Of a stretch of DNA of 64,000 bases, positions 19,442-30,385 are shown in pieces. The first letter of the stretch is position 1. Every line of letters starts with the position of its first letter. Under the pieces are notes generated by a model that saw only the letters and a list, made by a program, of their open reading frames with translations, was not told the DNA's origin and did not search any database. The DNA lies in IMG/VR virus record IMGVR_UViG_3300026549_001031; one strand, 5' to 3'. The stretch is from a virus. Its lineage: Duplodnaviria; Heunggongvirae; Uroviricota; Caudoviricetes. The translations under genes were made by a program, and so were the position numbers.

Positions 19442-21532
19442 ATGGTTAGTTTAGGACAGGATTCAGAAAATAAACAGTGTAGTTTAGAGAATATCATTGT
19501 CGATGATGTTAACACTTCTAATTTGGAGTTAATGAAGCAGTGGTATTCAAAAGCTACAGTGTATATTGACAAGAGGTTTGAAATTCCTGCATCGAAAAGT
19601 GTAGTTGTTACTAGTAGAAGTGCTAGCATGCACAAGATACTAGATAAGATTTCTAAGGTAGACCTTGGAAATGAGTCACAGACAGAGAATTTCAGACTAA
19701 AGACACGAAATTGGTGTATAGGACAGTTCAGGGAGTTATTCAAGAAATTGGATAATGGGGAGGATGCAGTATTGTTTATTGACAGTACTCCTTCAAAACA
19801 TGAGTGTACATACATCAAATGGTTAGTGGACATAGGTGTTAAAGTTTGTATCATATCAGATAAAGATGTTGGACTTATAGATGGGTTTAAAGTAAGTAAG
19901 TCAGGAACACATGAGCATCTTGATTACAAGAAAGGCACTCAAGTTGAGAAAGAGAATACATCTGTTAGTGTGGTTAAACAGGAGCATCATATTCATACAC
20001 TTGATGAGGCAGAAGAAGCAATATGTGAAAATTTAGGTACAATCAAGCTAATTATCAGTGGTGTTACTAAATATAGAGATACAATTGATAATTTTTATGG
20101 TAAAATGTACAAAATTGGTACACAAGATGGAAATTACTTGTTTGAGCATGGTTTTGGAAATGTTACATTGGAAGAAACGAACTCAATGCCTAGATTTAAC
20201 ATTGAGAAGCATGATTACATAGTCAGTACCCTCTGTATGTACTTAAAAAATAAGGAATTTGCAGACAAGCTAAAAAGTGTGTTTGATCAGGGTGAATTAA
20301 AGGCAGACACAGGAAGTAGATTGTATAACAAAGTAGTTTATGTAGTTTGCACGTTAAACAGAATGGAATCATTGTCAAGTGGAAACTGTACAGTGGTTTA
20401 TTATGGGGCACCTACTAAAAAAGATGAGATAGTCCTTAGTATTCTTGGTATGACACGGAATGTAGGTGTGGTTGTACTTAAGTCTGATAAGAGTAAGCAG
20501 TTCATTATGAAAGATGAGCTGGATAGAGTATTTCAGACATTTGAACTTGAGGGCACAGCAGAGCAGTTTGAGATGCCACATGTGGATAAAAGAGAGGCAC
20601 CTGGAACAATGGCAGCTGGGGCAGCTCAGAGAGTGGCAGAGACATTATATAATGGTGATACACTCGGAATGTACAGACCTGGAATGTTTGTCACAGCAGA
20701 GTCAGTTTTATTCAGAACAGCATTTGAAGAAATTGAACTCTGGATTGGTAAGGATGTATATTTAAGACCTGGCTTTGAAGGAAGTTTCGACAGATGTAAA
20801 ATGCCTTGTATGTTTAAGGTGATTGATGGTGTAAATGGAAATGTCTCTGACTATTTGAGAAAGATCAAGAGTTATGTAGGAAGAAAGACATTATTTGTAA
20901 AGCATGCATGTGACTTAAAAAACAGTTTATGTAGCTCAACACCTAGAATGAATATTATGCATGGTACAGATGTGAATGGTACAAAGGCATCTGATCAATT
21001 TGCATTCTTTAAGTCAGGTAAGCTTGATAAAGAAAGAATCAAGAAAGGCATAAATTACAGTTATGGTTTTATGTCTAACACTAAGCAGGATTTCTTACTT
21101 GATAAGATTGAAGAGATGCTTAATGATAAAACAATAGACATATCTAGTTTTGGAGATAGGCAGGAGTATGAGAATTTTGTACTTGGTGCATTGTTAAATT
21201 TGGACATTGAAGCTTTAAGAACAATACAGGGTATGGAATTTTATAAATCTAATCCTAACATAATACTTCTGTTAACTGATGAGAATACATTGACAATAAA
21301 AGATGTAGTCTTATTAAAATTTATGTGGTCATTGGGATATGATATTTTGATCTATGTACCTACATGCTATACATCAATAGAAAATTATGTAACAAATGAT
21401 TTCATGTATGAGAAGCATGTAATTGGTGAAGCTACATATGATATTCAGGTTTCACTACTTGATACACTTAGTAACCTTGCACCTGAAAAAGAGAAAAAGA
21501 CAGGTTGGTTTAATAAATTGTTTAGAAAGTAA
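19442..21532 (+). CDS. YceG-like Ter-associated protein
   Basis: TMAAGAAQRVAETLY-G--GMYRP, FEEI.LW...YLRPGF, C-terminal LGYDILIYVPTCYTSIE; directly upstream of telA. Confidence 0.7.
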   Translation: MVSLGQDSENKQCSLENIIVDDVNTSNLELMKQWYSKATVYIDKRFEIPASKSVVVTSRSASMHKILDKISKVDLGNESQTENFRLKTRNWCIGQFRELFKKLDNGEDAVLFIDSTPSKHECTYIKWLVDIGVKVCIISDKDVGLIDGFKVSKSGTHEHLDYKKGTQVEKENTSVSVVKQEHHIHTLDEAEEAICENLGTIKLIISGVTKYRDTIDNFYGKMYKIGTQDGNYLFEHGFGNVTLEETNSMPRFNIEKHDYIVSTLCMYLKNKEFADKLKSVFDQGELKADTGSRLYNKVVYVVCTLNRMESLSSGNCTVVYYGAPTKKDEIVLSILGMTRNVGVVVLKSDKSKQFIMKDELDRVFQTFELEGTAEQFEMPHVDKREAPGTMAAGAAQRVAETLYNGDTLGMYRPGMFVTAESVLFRTAFEEIELWIGKDVYLRPGFEGSFDRCKMPCMFKVIDGVNGNVSDYLRKIKSYVGRKTLFVKHACDLKNSLCSSTPRMNIMHGTDVNGTKASDQFAFFKSGKLDKERIKKGINYSYGFMSNTKQDFLLDKIEEMLNDKTIDISSFGDRQEYENFVLGALLNLDIEALRTIQGMEFYKSNPNIILLLTDENTLTIKDVVLLKFMWSLGYDILIYVPTCYTSIENYVTNDFMYEKHVIGEATYDIQVSLLDTLSNLAPEKEKKTGWFNKLFRK

Positions 21533-21543
21533 AGGAGAAAGAC

Positions 21544-22758
21544 ATGGCAATTAAGAAAGGAACAGACACAGGCACAGATATGGCAGGTTCAGCAGTAACA
21601 GTTGTTGATGCACCATCAGATAATGGAGCAGTTTCATTATCAAAATCAGCTATTGAGCAACAGAGAGAAACATATGACCTTGCTAATTCAAGAGAAGCAT
21701 ATAAGCAGGAGATTATTGCAAGTGGAGAAATTGACAGACTTACATCAACAATTGATGTTACAAACACTACAAGTATTGTGGAGTTTGGAAAAGAGCCTGC
21801 AACAAAGATGGCTGGTTTGGCAGACCAGGTGTTATCAAAATACAACAGTACAGCAGTATCTGATACATCTAAAATGGTTGAGTCTCTGCTTGGAGTTATG
21901 AAGAAGATTGACATTCAGGAAATCAAGAGTCTTGATGAATTAAAAGAAGAGCATAAGAAGAAAGGATTCTTTGGCAGGTTTAAGGAATCAGCTCAGGAAA
22001 AACTGGATAAGCTTGTTGGTAAGTACAAGGGCGTAGCAAATGAGATGGAGCAGATTTGTACACAGCTTTCTGTTTATGAGCAGCAGATCAAAGATTCAAA
22101 TAAAGACATTGAAAAAATGTATGAAGCAGCTAAGGAAGAGTATAAGCAGTTAGTAGCAGTTGTGATGGCAGCTGAGCAGGCTTGCAAGGAAATCGAGGAA
22201 TACAAAGATCAGCTTGCATCAGAGGTAGAGACAGATGCATCTGGAGAAAAACAGTTTGAACTTCAGAATGTACAACAGGCATTAACACTTATGCAGCAGA
22301 GAACAGCTGACTTACGTGGGGCAGAGACAGTAGCATTACAGAGTATTCCTACATTCAAGATTCAGGAGTATACAAATGCTAACTTAGCAAGAAAAGTAAA
22401 CAGTGCATTTATTGTAACAGTACCTGCATTTAAGACAGCACTTGTTAACAGTGTGATTGCTAAACAGCAGTCAATTCAGGCACAGGGTTTAAGTTTATTA
22501 GATGAAGCAACATCACAGGTAATCAGAATGAACGCTGATAATGCAATTGGACAGTTACAGCAGAGTCAAAGATTAGCTAATACAAGCGCAATTAAGGCAG
22601 CTGACATTGAGTATTCATGGAATACAATTATGAATGGAATCACACAGTACAAAGAGATGGAAAAGCAGTATGCTGAAATTCGTAAGGACGAGGCTAAGAG
22701 AATTGAGGATGCAAATGCAAGGTATTTGCAGAGCATTTCAAATGGCACAGGCATCTAA
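21544..22758 (+). CDS. telA: Toxic anion resistance protein TelA/KlaB family
   Basis: SIVEFGKEPA, coiled-coil body, NLARKVNSAFIVTVPAFK motif. Confidence 0.85.
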   Translation: MAIKKGTDTGTDMAGSAVTVVDAPSDNGAVSLSKSAIEQQRETYDLANSREAYKQEIIASGEIDRLTSTIDVTNTTSIVEFGKEPATKMAGLADQVLSKYNSTAVSDTSKMVESLLGVMKKIDIQEIKSLDELKEEHKKKGFFGRFKESAQEKLDKLVGKYKGVANEMEQICTQLSVYEQQIKDSNKDIEKMYEAAKEEYKQLVAVVMAAEQACKEIEEYKDQLASEVETDASGEKQFELQNVQQALTLMQQRTADLRGAETVALQSIPTFKIQEYTNANLARKVNSAFIVTVPAFKTALVNSVIAKQQSIQAQGLSLLDEATSQVIRMNADNAIGQLQQSQRLANTSAIKAADIEYSWNTIMNGITQYKEMEKQYAEIRKDEAKRIEDANARYLQSISNGTGI

Positions 22759-22796
22759 AACAAAGACAGGCAGTAGGCAATAAAGAGGATAGACAG

Positions 22797-22829
22797 TTGA
22801 GAGGTTGTTTAGACAGCCTCTCAATTTTT
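22797..22829 (+). terminator. Rho-independent terminator
   Basis: TTGAGAGGTTGT-TTAG-ACAGCCTCTCAA hairpin + TTTTT. Confidence 0.8.
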
Positions 22830-22832
22830 ATA

Positions 22833-22861
22833 TTGACAAATATAGTGTTTAGTGGTATAAT
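22833..22861 (+). promoter_or_regulatory. sigma70/sigmaA promoter
   Basis: TTGACA-17bp-TATAAT with TG extension. Confidence 0.85.
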
Positions 22862-22884
22862 AGAGAAAAGAGGAGGTGTGAGAC

Positions 22885-22968
22885 ATGAATGAGGGTGGAG
22901 GACCAGCATTTAAGATGGATATTCAACATAGGGCAGACATTGATCATAAAGTTGCAGTAGGTGTATGA
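22885..22968 (+). CDS. 27-aa small ORF MNEGGGPAFKMDIQHRADIDHKVAVGV
   Basis: Consensus promoter, AGGAGGTG RBS, downstream hairpin TGTACCTGA...TCAGGTACA; below ORF-track cutoff. Confidence 0.5.
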   Translation: MNEGGGPAFKMDIQHRADIDHKVAVGV

Positions 22969-23111
22969 TCATTAGTAGTCAAAGATTGTACCTGATTGAA
23001 ATACAGTAGGTCAGGTACAAAATGAAAAATTAGCCTTGCATAAGTGCAATAGGCATTTGGCAACACAAATGTTCATTGCAGTTGTACAAGTTGGCACATA
23101 AAAATTAAGAG

Positions 23112-23140
23112 TTGACAAGTTATAGTGATTTTGATATAAT
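23112..23140 (+). promoter_or_regulatory. sigma70/sigmaA promoter
   Basis: TTGACA-17bp-TATAAT with TG extension. Confidence 0.85.
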
Positions 23141-23180
23141 AAATGTATAGAAAACGGACAAAGAGTAAAGGAGTTTTATT

Positions 23181-24179
23181 ATGCTGATCACTGTAGCAAA
23201 AGTAGGTAACAAAGGATTTATGTGTTATAACCCTGATACTAGAAAGTTATCAGAGGTAACAAGACTGGACATTAACAATAACAAGGTACATGTTGAAAAT
23301 CTTAAGTCTACAGGTAGATTAAAGACTATCATTGGAGAGGACAAGGTTCCCTCTTACAAGACAGGCGATATGAGATATACACTAGTTACTTATATGACTA
23401 ACAATGGTAAAATAATGAGTGGACTTCTGATAAGTAACTATTGTACATCTAAAATAGCTACAGAGCAGTGGTTACATGATAATAGACATTTAATTGTCAA
23501 TTACTCATGTAAAAATAAAGTGGTTGACAGAGAGATTAAGATTGCTCGTTATGATAATGATGATTACCATAAGTTATATAAGATATACAGCAGTATTGGT
23601 TTAGCAACTTCAAATAAAATCAATGGTGGCAACTACTCTTATCTCATGTGCTTTGGTAATTATGTAATGGAGTCAGCGAGTACTCAATCAACATATGAGG
23701 GATTCTATGAGTCTCATAAGTTGGTGTATAAGTTACTTAAGAACTGTGAGATTAATCATATGGTAAAAATACCACTGTCATTTAAGTTAAAAGATGGACA
23801 AGTTGTAAGTATGGTGAACAAGTATGTTTATAAGGTAGACTTCTTACTGAATGAATCCAGACATAAGATACTGATTGCTGAGCAGGATAAAAGATTACTT
23901 GGACTTCTGAAATTCAAGGGAGCGACATTGAATAGATTAACAATGTCTGACATAATTGACCTTGTACAGTATAAAGATGAGTTGGACAAGGATATGTCTG
24001 TTTATACAGTAATGGATAAGTCAAGAAAAGAGAAAACAGAGGATAGTTACCTTTCAGATGGAATTTGGACTATTGGAAATGGTAGACTTGACAATGGTAG
24101 TAAGACAGTCTCCTTGAGATATAACATTTTGTTTAACAATGGAGACATTAACATCCTAGCAAATAAATTAACTGCTTAG
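23181..24179 (+). CDS. Hypothetical protein
   Basis: ORF with AAAGGAG RBS behind a consensus promoter. Confidence 0.7.
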   Translation: MLITVAKVGNKGFMCYNPDTRKLSEVTRLDINNNKVHVENLKSTGRLKTIIGEDKVPSYKTGDMRYTLVTYMTNNGKIMSGLLISNYCTSKIATEQWLHDNRHLIVNYSCKNKVVDREIKIARYDNDDYHKLYKIYSSIGLATSNKINGGNYSYLMCFGNYVMESASTQSTYEGFYESHKLVYKLLKNCEINHMVKIPLSFKLKDGQVVSMVNKYVYKVDFLLNESRHKILIAEQDKRLLGLLKFKGATLNRLTMSDIIDLVQYKDELDKDMSVYTVMDKSRKEKTEDSYLSDGIWTIGNGRLDNGSKTVSLRYNILFNNGDINILANKLTA

Positions 24180-24368
24180 GGTCTATCAGACCTAATAGAT
24201 TTTTGATATAACAGTGGTATAAAGAATAGAACAGATAAGAATATAGATATGCAGATTGTTTAGTGGGTATTAGCAGTACCCACTATTTTTATGTCTAAAA
24301 GTATGCATTATTATATAATAAGGGTATTTATTTTATAATTATTTTTTACAAGGAGGTCATGTAGAGAC

Positions 24369-26207
24369 ATGGATAAAAAGGAAAGGTTAAAGGGTCTAAC
24401 ATCTGCTGAAGTTGAGCAGAGCAAGCAGAAGTTTGGTGTCAACAAACTTTCTGAAGCTAAGCAGGATGGAGTACTTGATATGTTCCTTGATGCATTAAAG
24501 GACGTTTGTATTCTTGTTCTTCTTGGTGCACTGGCAATTAAGTTAGCAATTGTCATTGCTGGTCACTTCTTTACTGCATTTGCTGGTGAGAATGATGCAG
24601 TAGAGATCATCAGCATTCTTTTAGCAGTGGCATTAGCTACAGGCTTTAATGTTCTGAATGAGTACAGGAATCAGAAAAGAAGTAATGCATTGCAGGAAGA
24701 GTATGGTAAGGTATATGCAAAGATCATGCGTGATGGTTCATTACAGAGCATTTTGACGAGTGAGATTGTCAAGGGTGATGCAGTGTTGTTGCAGTCAGGA
24801 GATAAGGTACCAGTTGATGGTTTAGTAATCGACGGTAAGATTAAGGTATCTCAGGCAGCGTTAAATGGAGAGTCACGAGATGAGACTAAAACAGCAACAG
24901 ATAGTATGGAAGAGGCAGAGTCAACTGATTACTCATCACATAGTAAAGTGTTTATGGGTTCAGTAGTTACTTCTGGTGAAGCATACATGGTAGCTACAGT
25001 AATTGGTGATGCATCTGAATTAGGTAAGATCAATCAGTCACTTAATGAGTCAGACGAGGAAGAGGTTGTTGATGCAACAACAGCTAAACTTAATAAACTT
25101 GTTGCTCAGATTGGTAAGCTTGGTACAGCATGTGGTGTCATTGCTGGTATTTTACAGGTTGTTTGTTCAATTGCTAGAGGCAATGTAGCAATTGAGGCTG
25201 GTGCAATTGGTTCTTTAATTGCAGAAGCAATTATGCTTGGTGCAAGTATCTTAATCATGGCAATTCCTGAAGGATTAGCTCTGATTGTTTCAGTTATTCA
25301 GGGTATGAATAGTGAGAACATGTACAAGAACAACATTCTTGTAAGTCATAAGAATGCATTTGCAGACTCTGCTTTTATGGATATCCTCTTTAGTGATAAA
25401 ACAGGTACCATTACTCAAGGTAAGTTATCACTTGTTGAGTTTATCACAGGCGCAGGAAAAATTGTTTCAGACTTAGATTCAAAAGAGTTTATTGACTCAA
25501 TTACAGTTAATAACTTGGCTAAGGTTTCAGAGGGCAAGGCAATTGGATCAAATAACATGGATAGAGCACTTCTTACATATGCTCTTGCTCATGGTTATAA
25601 AGAAGAGAACAGCTTTGATAAGAGTCAGGTCATTGAAGTAAGCGGTTTCGACTCTGAAAAGAAATGTGCAACAGCAGAGCTAAAGGGTGGTGTGACACTT
25701 TGGAAGGGTGCTACAGAGAATATCATTGATAAGGTTACACACTTTGTTGATGAAGATGGCACTGAAATGAAATTCTCGGACAAGGATAAGAAAGCAGTAT
25801 TAGATAAGATGCATGAGCAGTCATGCAGGGCTATGAAGTTATTATCAGTGGCTAAAATTGAGAAAGACAAGACAATTTTACAGGCAGTCTTATGTTTAAG
25901 AGATGATGTACGTCCAGATGCTGTAAATACAGTTAAGGAACTTCATTCAGCAGGTATTCAGGTAGTAATGGTTACAGGTGATATGAAAGAGACAGCAGTG
26001 GCTATTGCACAGGATGCAGGTATCTTAACAGGAGATGCACAGGAAGTAATTATTACACATGATGAACTTGAGGAACTCAGTGATGATGAACTTAAGGAAA
26101 AGATTCCTTACTTAAGAGTTGTAAGTAGGGCAAAGCCTCTTGATAAGAAGAGACTTGTAAACTTAGCGAAACAGCTTGGTCATGTTGTAGGAATGACCGG
26201 AGATGGT
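24369..26207 (+). CDS. Ca2+-type P-type ATPase, exon 1
   Basis: GDKVPVDG, LNGES, IPEGL, DKTGTIT (phospho-Asp), KGA, MVTGD, RAKP..K, ending at MTGDG; the ORF-track tail RLCPVL is intron sequence. Confidence 0.92.
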
Positions 26208-27411
26208 AGATTATGCCCGGTATTATAGTAATATAGTGCTTGAATCTCTTTGAAAATGCTGGGAGTTGGTAAAATCTTAACTGCTACAACATAAGAATGA
26301 AATAAGTCTAGGTGTGAATGAGCCGAAAGGCAGAAAGAAATGTTAAGATTGCGTCATGCTGAAATAAAAGCCTTGCAATTTCGGGCTAGTTGCAAGGTGC
26401 TAAAACGTTTAACAATCCATAATCAGCAGGAAAGCATCGAATAGATGAATCCTCATCGACTATTACGTAGAATACAGTGTATTCGAAGTGGAGAGACATC
26501 CTGAATGAAACTTGTTTAGGATGATGATATAGTCAGGGTACTTAGAAAAACAATTCAAAACTTCAAAACTAAAAGAAATACAGTAAGAATAAAAATGATA
26601 GACAGGAGGTGAGAGGTTATGACATATGAAGAATGTATGAATAAGAAAGAAATTGTAGGCGAGTATACACAGATGGATGTTAGATACAATGGACAAAAGT
26701 ATAATATCAGCATTGGGGATAGAGTTGGTAGACTTAAGATTGTGAATCTTGTCAGATTTGTTCAGGGTAGTACAGTAAGAAAAGGTTGCATTTGTCTGTG
26801 TGAGTGTGGAGAATACATTGGACCGTCTAGGTTAAGATCTTTATTAGATGGAGATTTAGTCAGTTGCGGTTGTTATAGTTCTGAAATACATAGCAAAATG
26901 CTTAAAGAAAAGAACTATAAACATGGAGAATCTGTCAGAGAGCATAGAACAAAATTATATACAATCTGGGCATCAATGTTAGACAGAGCTGAAAATGCTA
27001 ATAGACCAGATAGTAAGTATTATGCTGACAAAGGAATTACAGTGTGTGACGAGTGGCATGATTTTACAGTCTTTAGAGATTGGGCTAACAGCAATGGATA
27101 TGTGGATGGACTTTCTATTGATAGAAAAGAAAACAGTTTAGGATACTGTCCTAATAATTGTCGTTGGGTGGTGTTAAGTGAGCAGAACAAAAACAAAACG
27201 AACAATAGATACTTAGAATACAATGGAAAGAGATTAACAATCACAGATTGGGGTAGACTCACAGGATTGAGATGGGATACAATAAATATAAGGTTAGAGG
27301 CTGGTAAAACAGTTGGTCAGGCATTAGGTTTTGAAGATTAGTATTGGTTTTGAATTGGTTTGGAAAATCTAATAAAGAGAGATAACATCAACGATTATTA
27401 GAGAGTGCACG
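26208..27411 (+). mobile_element. Group I self-splicing intron (IA-like) carrying a homing endonuclease
   Basis: 5' exon ends in T, intron ends in G; core elements AATGCTGGGA (26255), AATCAGCAGG (26421), TCATCGACTA (~26453), GATGATATAGTC (~26523); P7 GACTA/TAGTC, P3 TCTCT/AGAGA; removal restores GDG|VNDSPALK in frame. Confidence 0.93.
26619..27341 (+). CDS. Intron-encoded HNH-type homing endonuclease
   Basis: CICLCECG, SCGC, LYTIWASM, GITVCDEW, SIDRKENSLGYCPNNCRW, C-terminal HTH-like tail; flanked by pairing arms AATTCAAAAC/GTTTTGAATT; own AGGAGGTG RBS. Confidence 0.88.
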   Translation: MTYEECMNKKEIVGEYTQMDVRYNGQKYNISIGDRVGRLKIVNLVRFVQGSTVRKGCICLCECGEYIGPSRLRSLLDGDLVSCGCYSSEIHSKMLKEKNYKHGESVREHRTKLYTIWASMLDRAENANRPDSKYYADKGITVCDEWHDFTVFRDWANSNGYVDGLSIDRKENSLGYCPNNCRWVVLSEQNKNKTNNRYLEYNGKRLTITDWGRLTGLRWDTINIRLEAGKTVGQALGFED

Positions 27412-28200
27412 GTAAATGATAGTCCGGCTTTAAAAGCAGCCGATTGTGGTTTTGCAATGGGTGATGGAACAGCAGTTGCTCAGGAAGCGGGCGACGTAGT
27501 TATTCTGAATAACAGTTTAACATCCATTAAGAATTGTATCTTAAACGCAAGAACAATGATGAAGAGCATTGGGAAGTTTCTTATTTTCCAACTTACAGTC
27601 AATGTGAGCACTCTGTTAATGAATGTACTTTCACCAGTACTTGGTTGGACAGAGCCATTCAGCATTGTAGAAATTTTATGGATCAACTTAATCATGGATA
27701 CACTTGCTGCTATGGCATTTGGTGGAGAGCCAGTGCTTGAGAGATATATGGCAGAGAAGCCTGTTAAGAGAGAAGCAGACATTCTTACAAAATATATCAA
27801 GGCATCAATTGGAACAGCAGCAGTGTTTATTACAATTGGTTCTCTGTTAATACTTGAGAATGTAGGTGGTTTTGCAGCAATGTTAACACCTTCAACATGT
27901 AGTGATCCTGAATTATACAAGAAAACATTGATGTTTGCATTCTTCATCTACTCAATCATCTTTAACAGTTTGAATACACGTTCAGAAAGATTCAACTTAT
28001 TTGAAGGACTTGGTCAGAACAAGAGATTCATTTATGTAATGGGTTCAATCTTTGTATTACAGACTCTGATTATTGAGTTTGGTGGCAGAGTGTTTGGAAC
28101 AACAATGCTTGATATTAAATCATTACTTGTTACAATGGCAATTGGTTTAGTAATCATCCCTGTGGATATGGTTAAGAAACTTATAGTTGGTAAGAAATAA
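27412..28200 (+). CDS. Ca2+-type P-type ATPase, exon 2 (spliced product about 875 aa)
   Basis: Begins VNDSPALKAADCGFAMG; FQLTVN, LWINLIMDT and C-terminal TM helices of PMCA-like pumps. Confidence 0.92.
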   Translation, partial: VNDSPALKAADCGFAMGDGTAVAQEAGDVVILNNSLTSIKNCILNARTMMKSIGKFLIFQLTVNVSTLLMNVLSPVLGWTEPFSIVEILWINLIMDTLAAMAFGGEPVLERYMAEKPVKREADILTKYIKASIGTAAVFITIGSLLILENVGGFAAMLTPSTCSDPELYKKTLMFAFFIYSIIFNSLNTRSERFNLFEGLGQNKRFIYVMGSIFVLQTLIIEFGGRVFGTTMLDIKSLLVTMAIGLVIIPVDMVKKLIVGKK

Positions 28201-28652
28201 TCATAGACAATAAGGGATATTACATATCTGAATAAAATAAATACACATTAAAGGAAGAGCAGTGCACGACTAAACAGTTTGTGCACTGTTTTTCTATGTT
28301 CAGACATGAGAGGAATGGACATAATAAATATAGGGGTGAGTCTTATAAAAATGAAGGTGGATAGGCATAGTAAGTTAGACAGTGGTATAAAAATGAATAA
28401 GCATTGGGCTATTTATGTTTAACATAGAGGTTTATAAGAAAAATAGGGTAGAAAAATTTGGAATAAAATAAAAGGTAGTTTAAGCATTATTTACTAGTAT
28501 ACACATTGGCTAAAAATTGGGGTAGACAAGTTTTGAAAATTTTCAGACAGTTCATTGAGCAGTGATTAAAAATCAGCTTTATTGAAAAATTAGGTTCTTA
28601 AATGATAAAAGAGAGACTAGTAAAAATGTGAAATCGACTCTTGATTGAAATT

Positions 28653-28686
28653 ACTTATTGACAAATTGTATTTAAGTTGGTATAAT
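28653..28686 (+). promoter_or_regulatory. sigma70 promoter with ACTTA-N15-TAAGT inverted repeat
   Basis: TTGACA-17bp-TATAAT; inverted arms bracket the -35. Confidence 0.8.
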
Positions 28687-28724
28687 ATATTTGTAAGGTT
28701 GAGAAAGAAAGGGGAAAACATGAA

Positions 28725-29159
28725 ATGAAAAGATATACCATTAAAAATAAATTGAGTAAAAGCAAGGTTAAAGAGATTAAGACATTTGCAATTGTTACAG
28801 GAGCATGTTTGGCAATTGCAGTATTCATATCAGTTGGAAGTGTAGCAACTGGAACAGCAGTTGGTTACAGAGGATTACCTAGAGAACAAGTTGAGAAACT
28901 TTGTGAGAAGGAGGGCATTGCACCTAGTTTAGTTTATGCCACTAGACAAGCAGGTCAGGTCATCAATGATAAAAAGTTGATACATGAACTTGGAGAGTAT
29001 GCAGCTAAGGCAGACACAGACGAGGAAATAGATGTGCAGGATGCTTTAGTGAAAATACTTGGTTGTAAGAAAGCAACAGCTGAATACATAGTGAGGACAT
29101 CAGATATGATGCAAGCAGCAGAGGACTATGAGAATAATAACAGTGAGGAAATAAGGTAG
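28725..29159 (+). CDS. Hypothetical membrane-anchored protein
   Basis: Basic N-terminus followed by one hydrophobic helix. Confidence 0.65.
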   Translation: MKRYTIKNKLSKSKVKEIKTFAIVTGACLAIAVFISVGSVATGTAVGYRGLPREQVEKLCEKEGIAPSLVYATRQAGQVINDKKLIHELGEYAAKADTDEEIDVQDALVKILGCKKATAEYIVRTSDMMQAAEDYENNNSEEIR

Positions 29160-29174
29160 AAACAGAGGTTTATT

Positions 29175-29867
29175 ATGAAAGAGGCATTTAGTGAGTTTGA
29201 AAAGCCTAGTGTGGCAGTAGATACAGTAATCTTAAGAGTTAAAGACATAGCTGAAAGAGATGGTAAACGCTTGGTACCTAAGATGGTTCAGGTGTTACTT
29301 GTTAGAAAGCAGGGTAGTAAGAAATGGCAACTTCCTGGAACTATTGTAAGACTTGGAGAAACTTCAATGAATGCAATAGAAAGAAAACTTGGAGCAGAGG
29401 TTGTTGAGAATGGGGCATTTGAACAGCTTTATACAGTAGACAATAACGTTGATAGGGATGAAAGAGGTCATGTGATTTCTATTGTTTATCTTGATATGTT
29501 AAAACCTAACAGCAAATCAAAAGATTTAGACCTTGAGGGATATGATGTACAGTGGTTTTGGGTAAGCAGAGACAGATACTTTATGAATGTTGCATCTCAG
29601 GAAATATTAGATGAGCTTGCATATGATCACAAGAGCATTATAAGTGATGCAATAGACAGAATAAAAGGTAAACTGCTATATACAGATATAGGGTTTAACT
29701 TTGTAGGAGAAACCTTTACAGTAAGAGAACTAGAGTATACATTTGAGGCTTTGAATGAATACAAGATTCCTGGTTTCAGACGATTGATTTCAGATAGAAT
29801 CACTGGTACTGGAGAAATGAGCAAGGGAAATGCCTTTAGACCAGCAGAGGTTTATAGGAAAGCATAG
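29175..29867 (+). CDS. nrtR: NrtR-family regulator (degenerate Nudix + winged HTH)
   Basis: PSVAVDTVI, WQLPG, EQLYT..RDERGHVIS, LAYDH, FTVREL, FRR, RPAEVY; Nudix REuxEE motif lost. Confidence 0.85.
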   Translation: MKEAFSEFEKPSVAVDTVILRVKDIAERDGKRLVPKMVQVLLVRKQGSKKWQLPGTIVRLGETSMNAIERKLGAEVVENGAFEQLYTVDNNVDRDERGHVISIVYLDMLKPNSKSKDLDLEGYDVQWFWVSRDRYFMNVASQEILDELAYDHKSIISDAIDRIKGKLLYTDIGFNFVGETFTVRELEYTFEALNEYKIPGFRRLISDRITGTGEMSKGNAFRPAEVYRKA

Positions 29868-29885
29868 GATAGAAAGGGAAAAGAC

Positions 29886-30383
29886 ATGGCTAAAAAGAAG
29901 GATCCATTTAAGTTGGAAATCACAGATCTTAGTTTATTAAGAATCAGACGTGTGTTTGATTGGAAAATCTACTTTGATTACAATGGTGAGCACTACATGA
30001 TAATCAGTGATGACGATGAAGATATTCACACATCATTCTATAAAAGAGAGATTGACAGTCAGGGAAAAGTAACAACGCATTGTTTATGTGGGGTATTTAG
30101 ACATTGCTGTGCTAATACATTCATTAGAGATGTATCAAAGATGCATAAGGGTGGATTAACATACTCTAACATTGATAGAGAGTTTTTTGTCAAACAGTTA
30201 GTGACATTTGGTTTTGCAGGTGGACTCTTTGAAAAAGAGTACAAGTACAAAGAGAAAAGAAAAGCAGCCATTGAAAAAGAGATTGAGAAGCTTAGAGAGG
30301 AAATGCATAGCTTGGAAACTAACTGGAGAACTACATCAGGTCATGGATCAAAATGCTATGTGAAAAACAAGGAGGACAAGTAA
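29886..30383 (+). CDS. Hypothetical protein
   Basis: ORF in operon. Confidence 0.6.
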   Translation: MAKKKDPFKLEITDLSLLRIRRVFDWKIYFDYNGEHYMIISDDDEDIHTSFYKREIDSQGKVTTHCLCGVFRHCCANTFIRDVSKMHKGGLTYSNIDREFFVKQLVTFGFAGGLFEKEYKYKEKRKAAIEKEIEKLREEMHSLETNWRTTSGHGSKCYVKNKEDK

Positions 30384-30385
30384 AA

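Noticed and set aside
27457-28200. Independent 247-aa membrane protein
   Set aside because: It is the 3' exon of the P-type ATPase; the frame extends upstream to 27412
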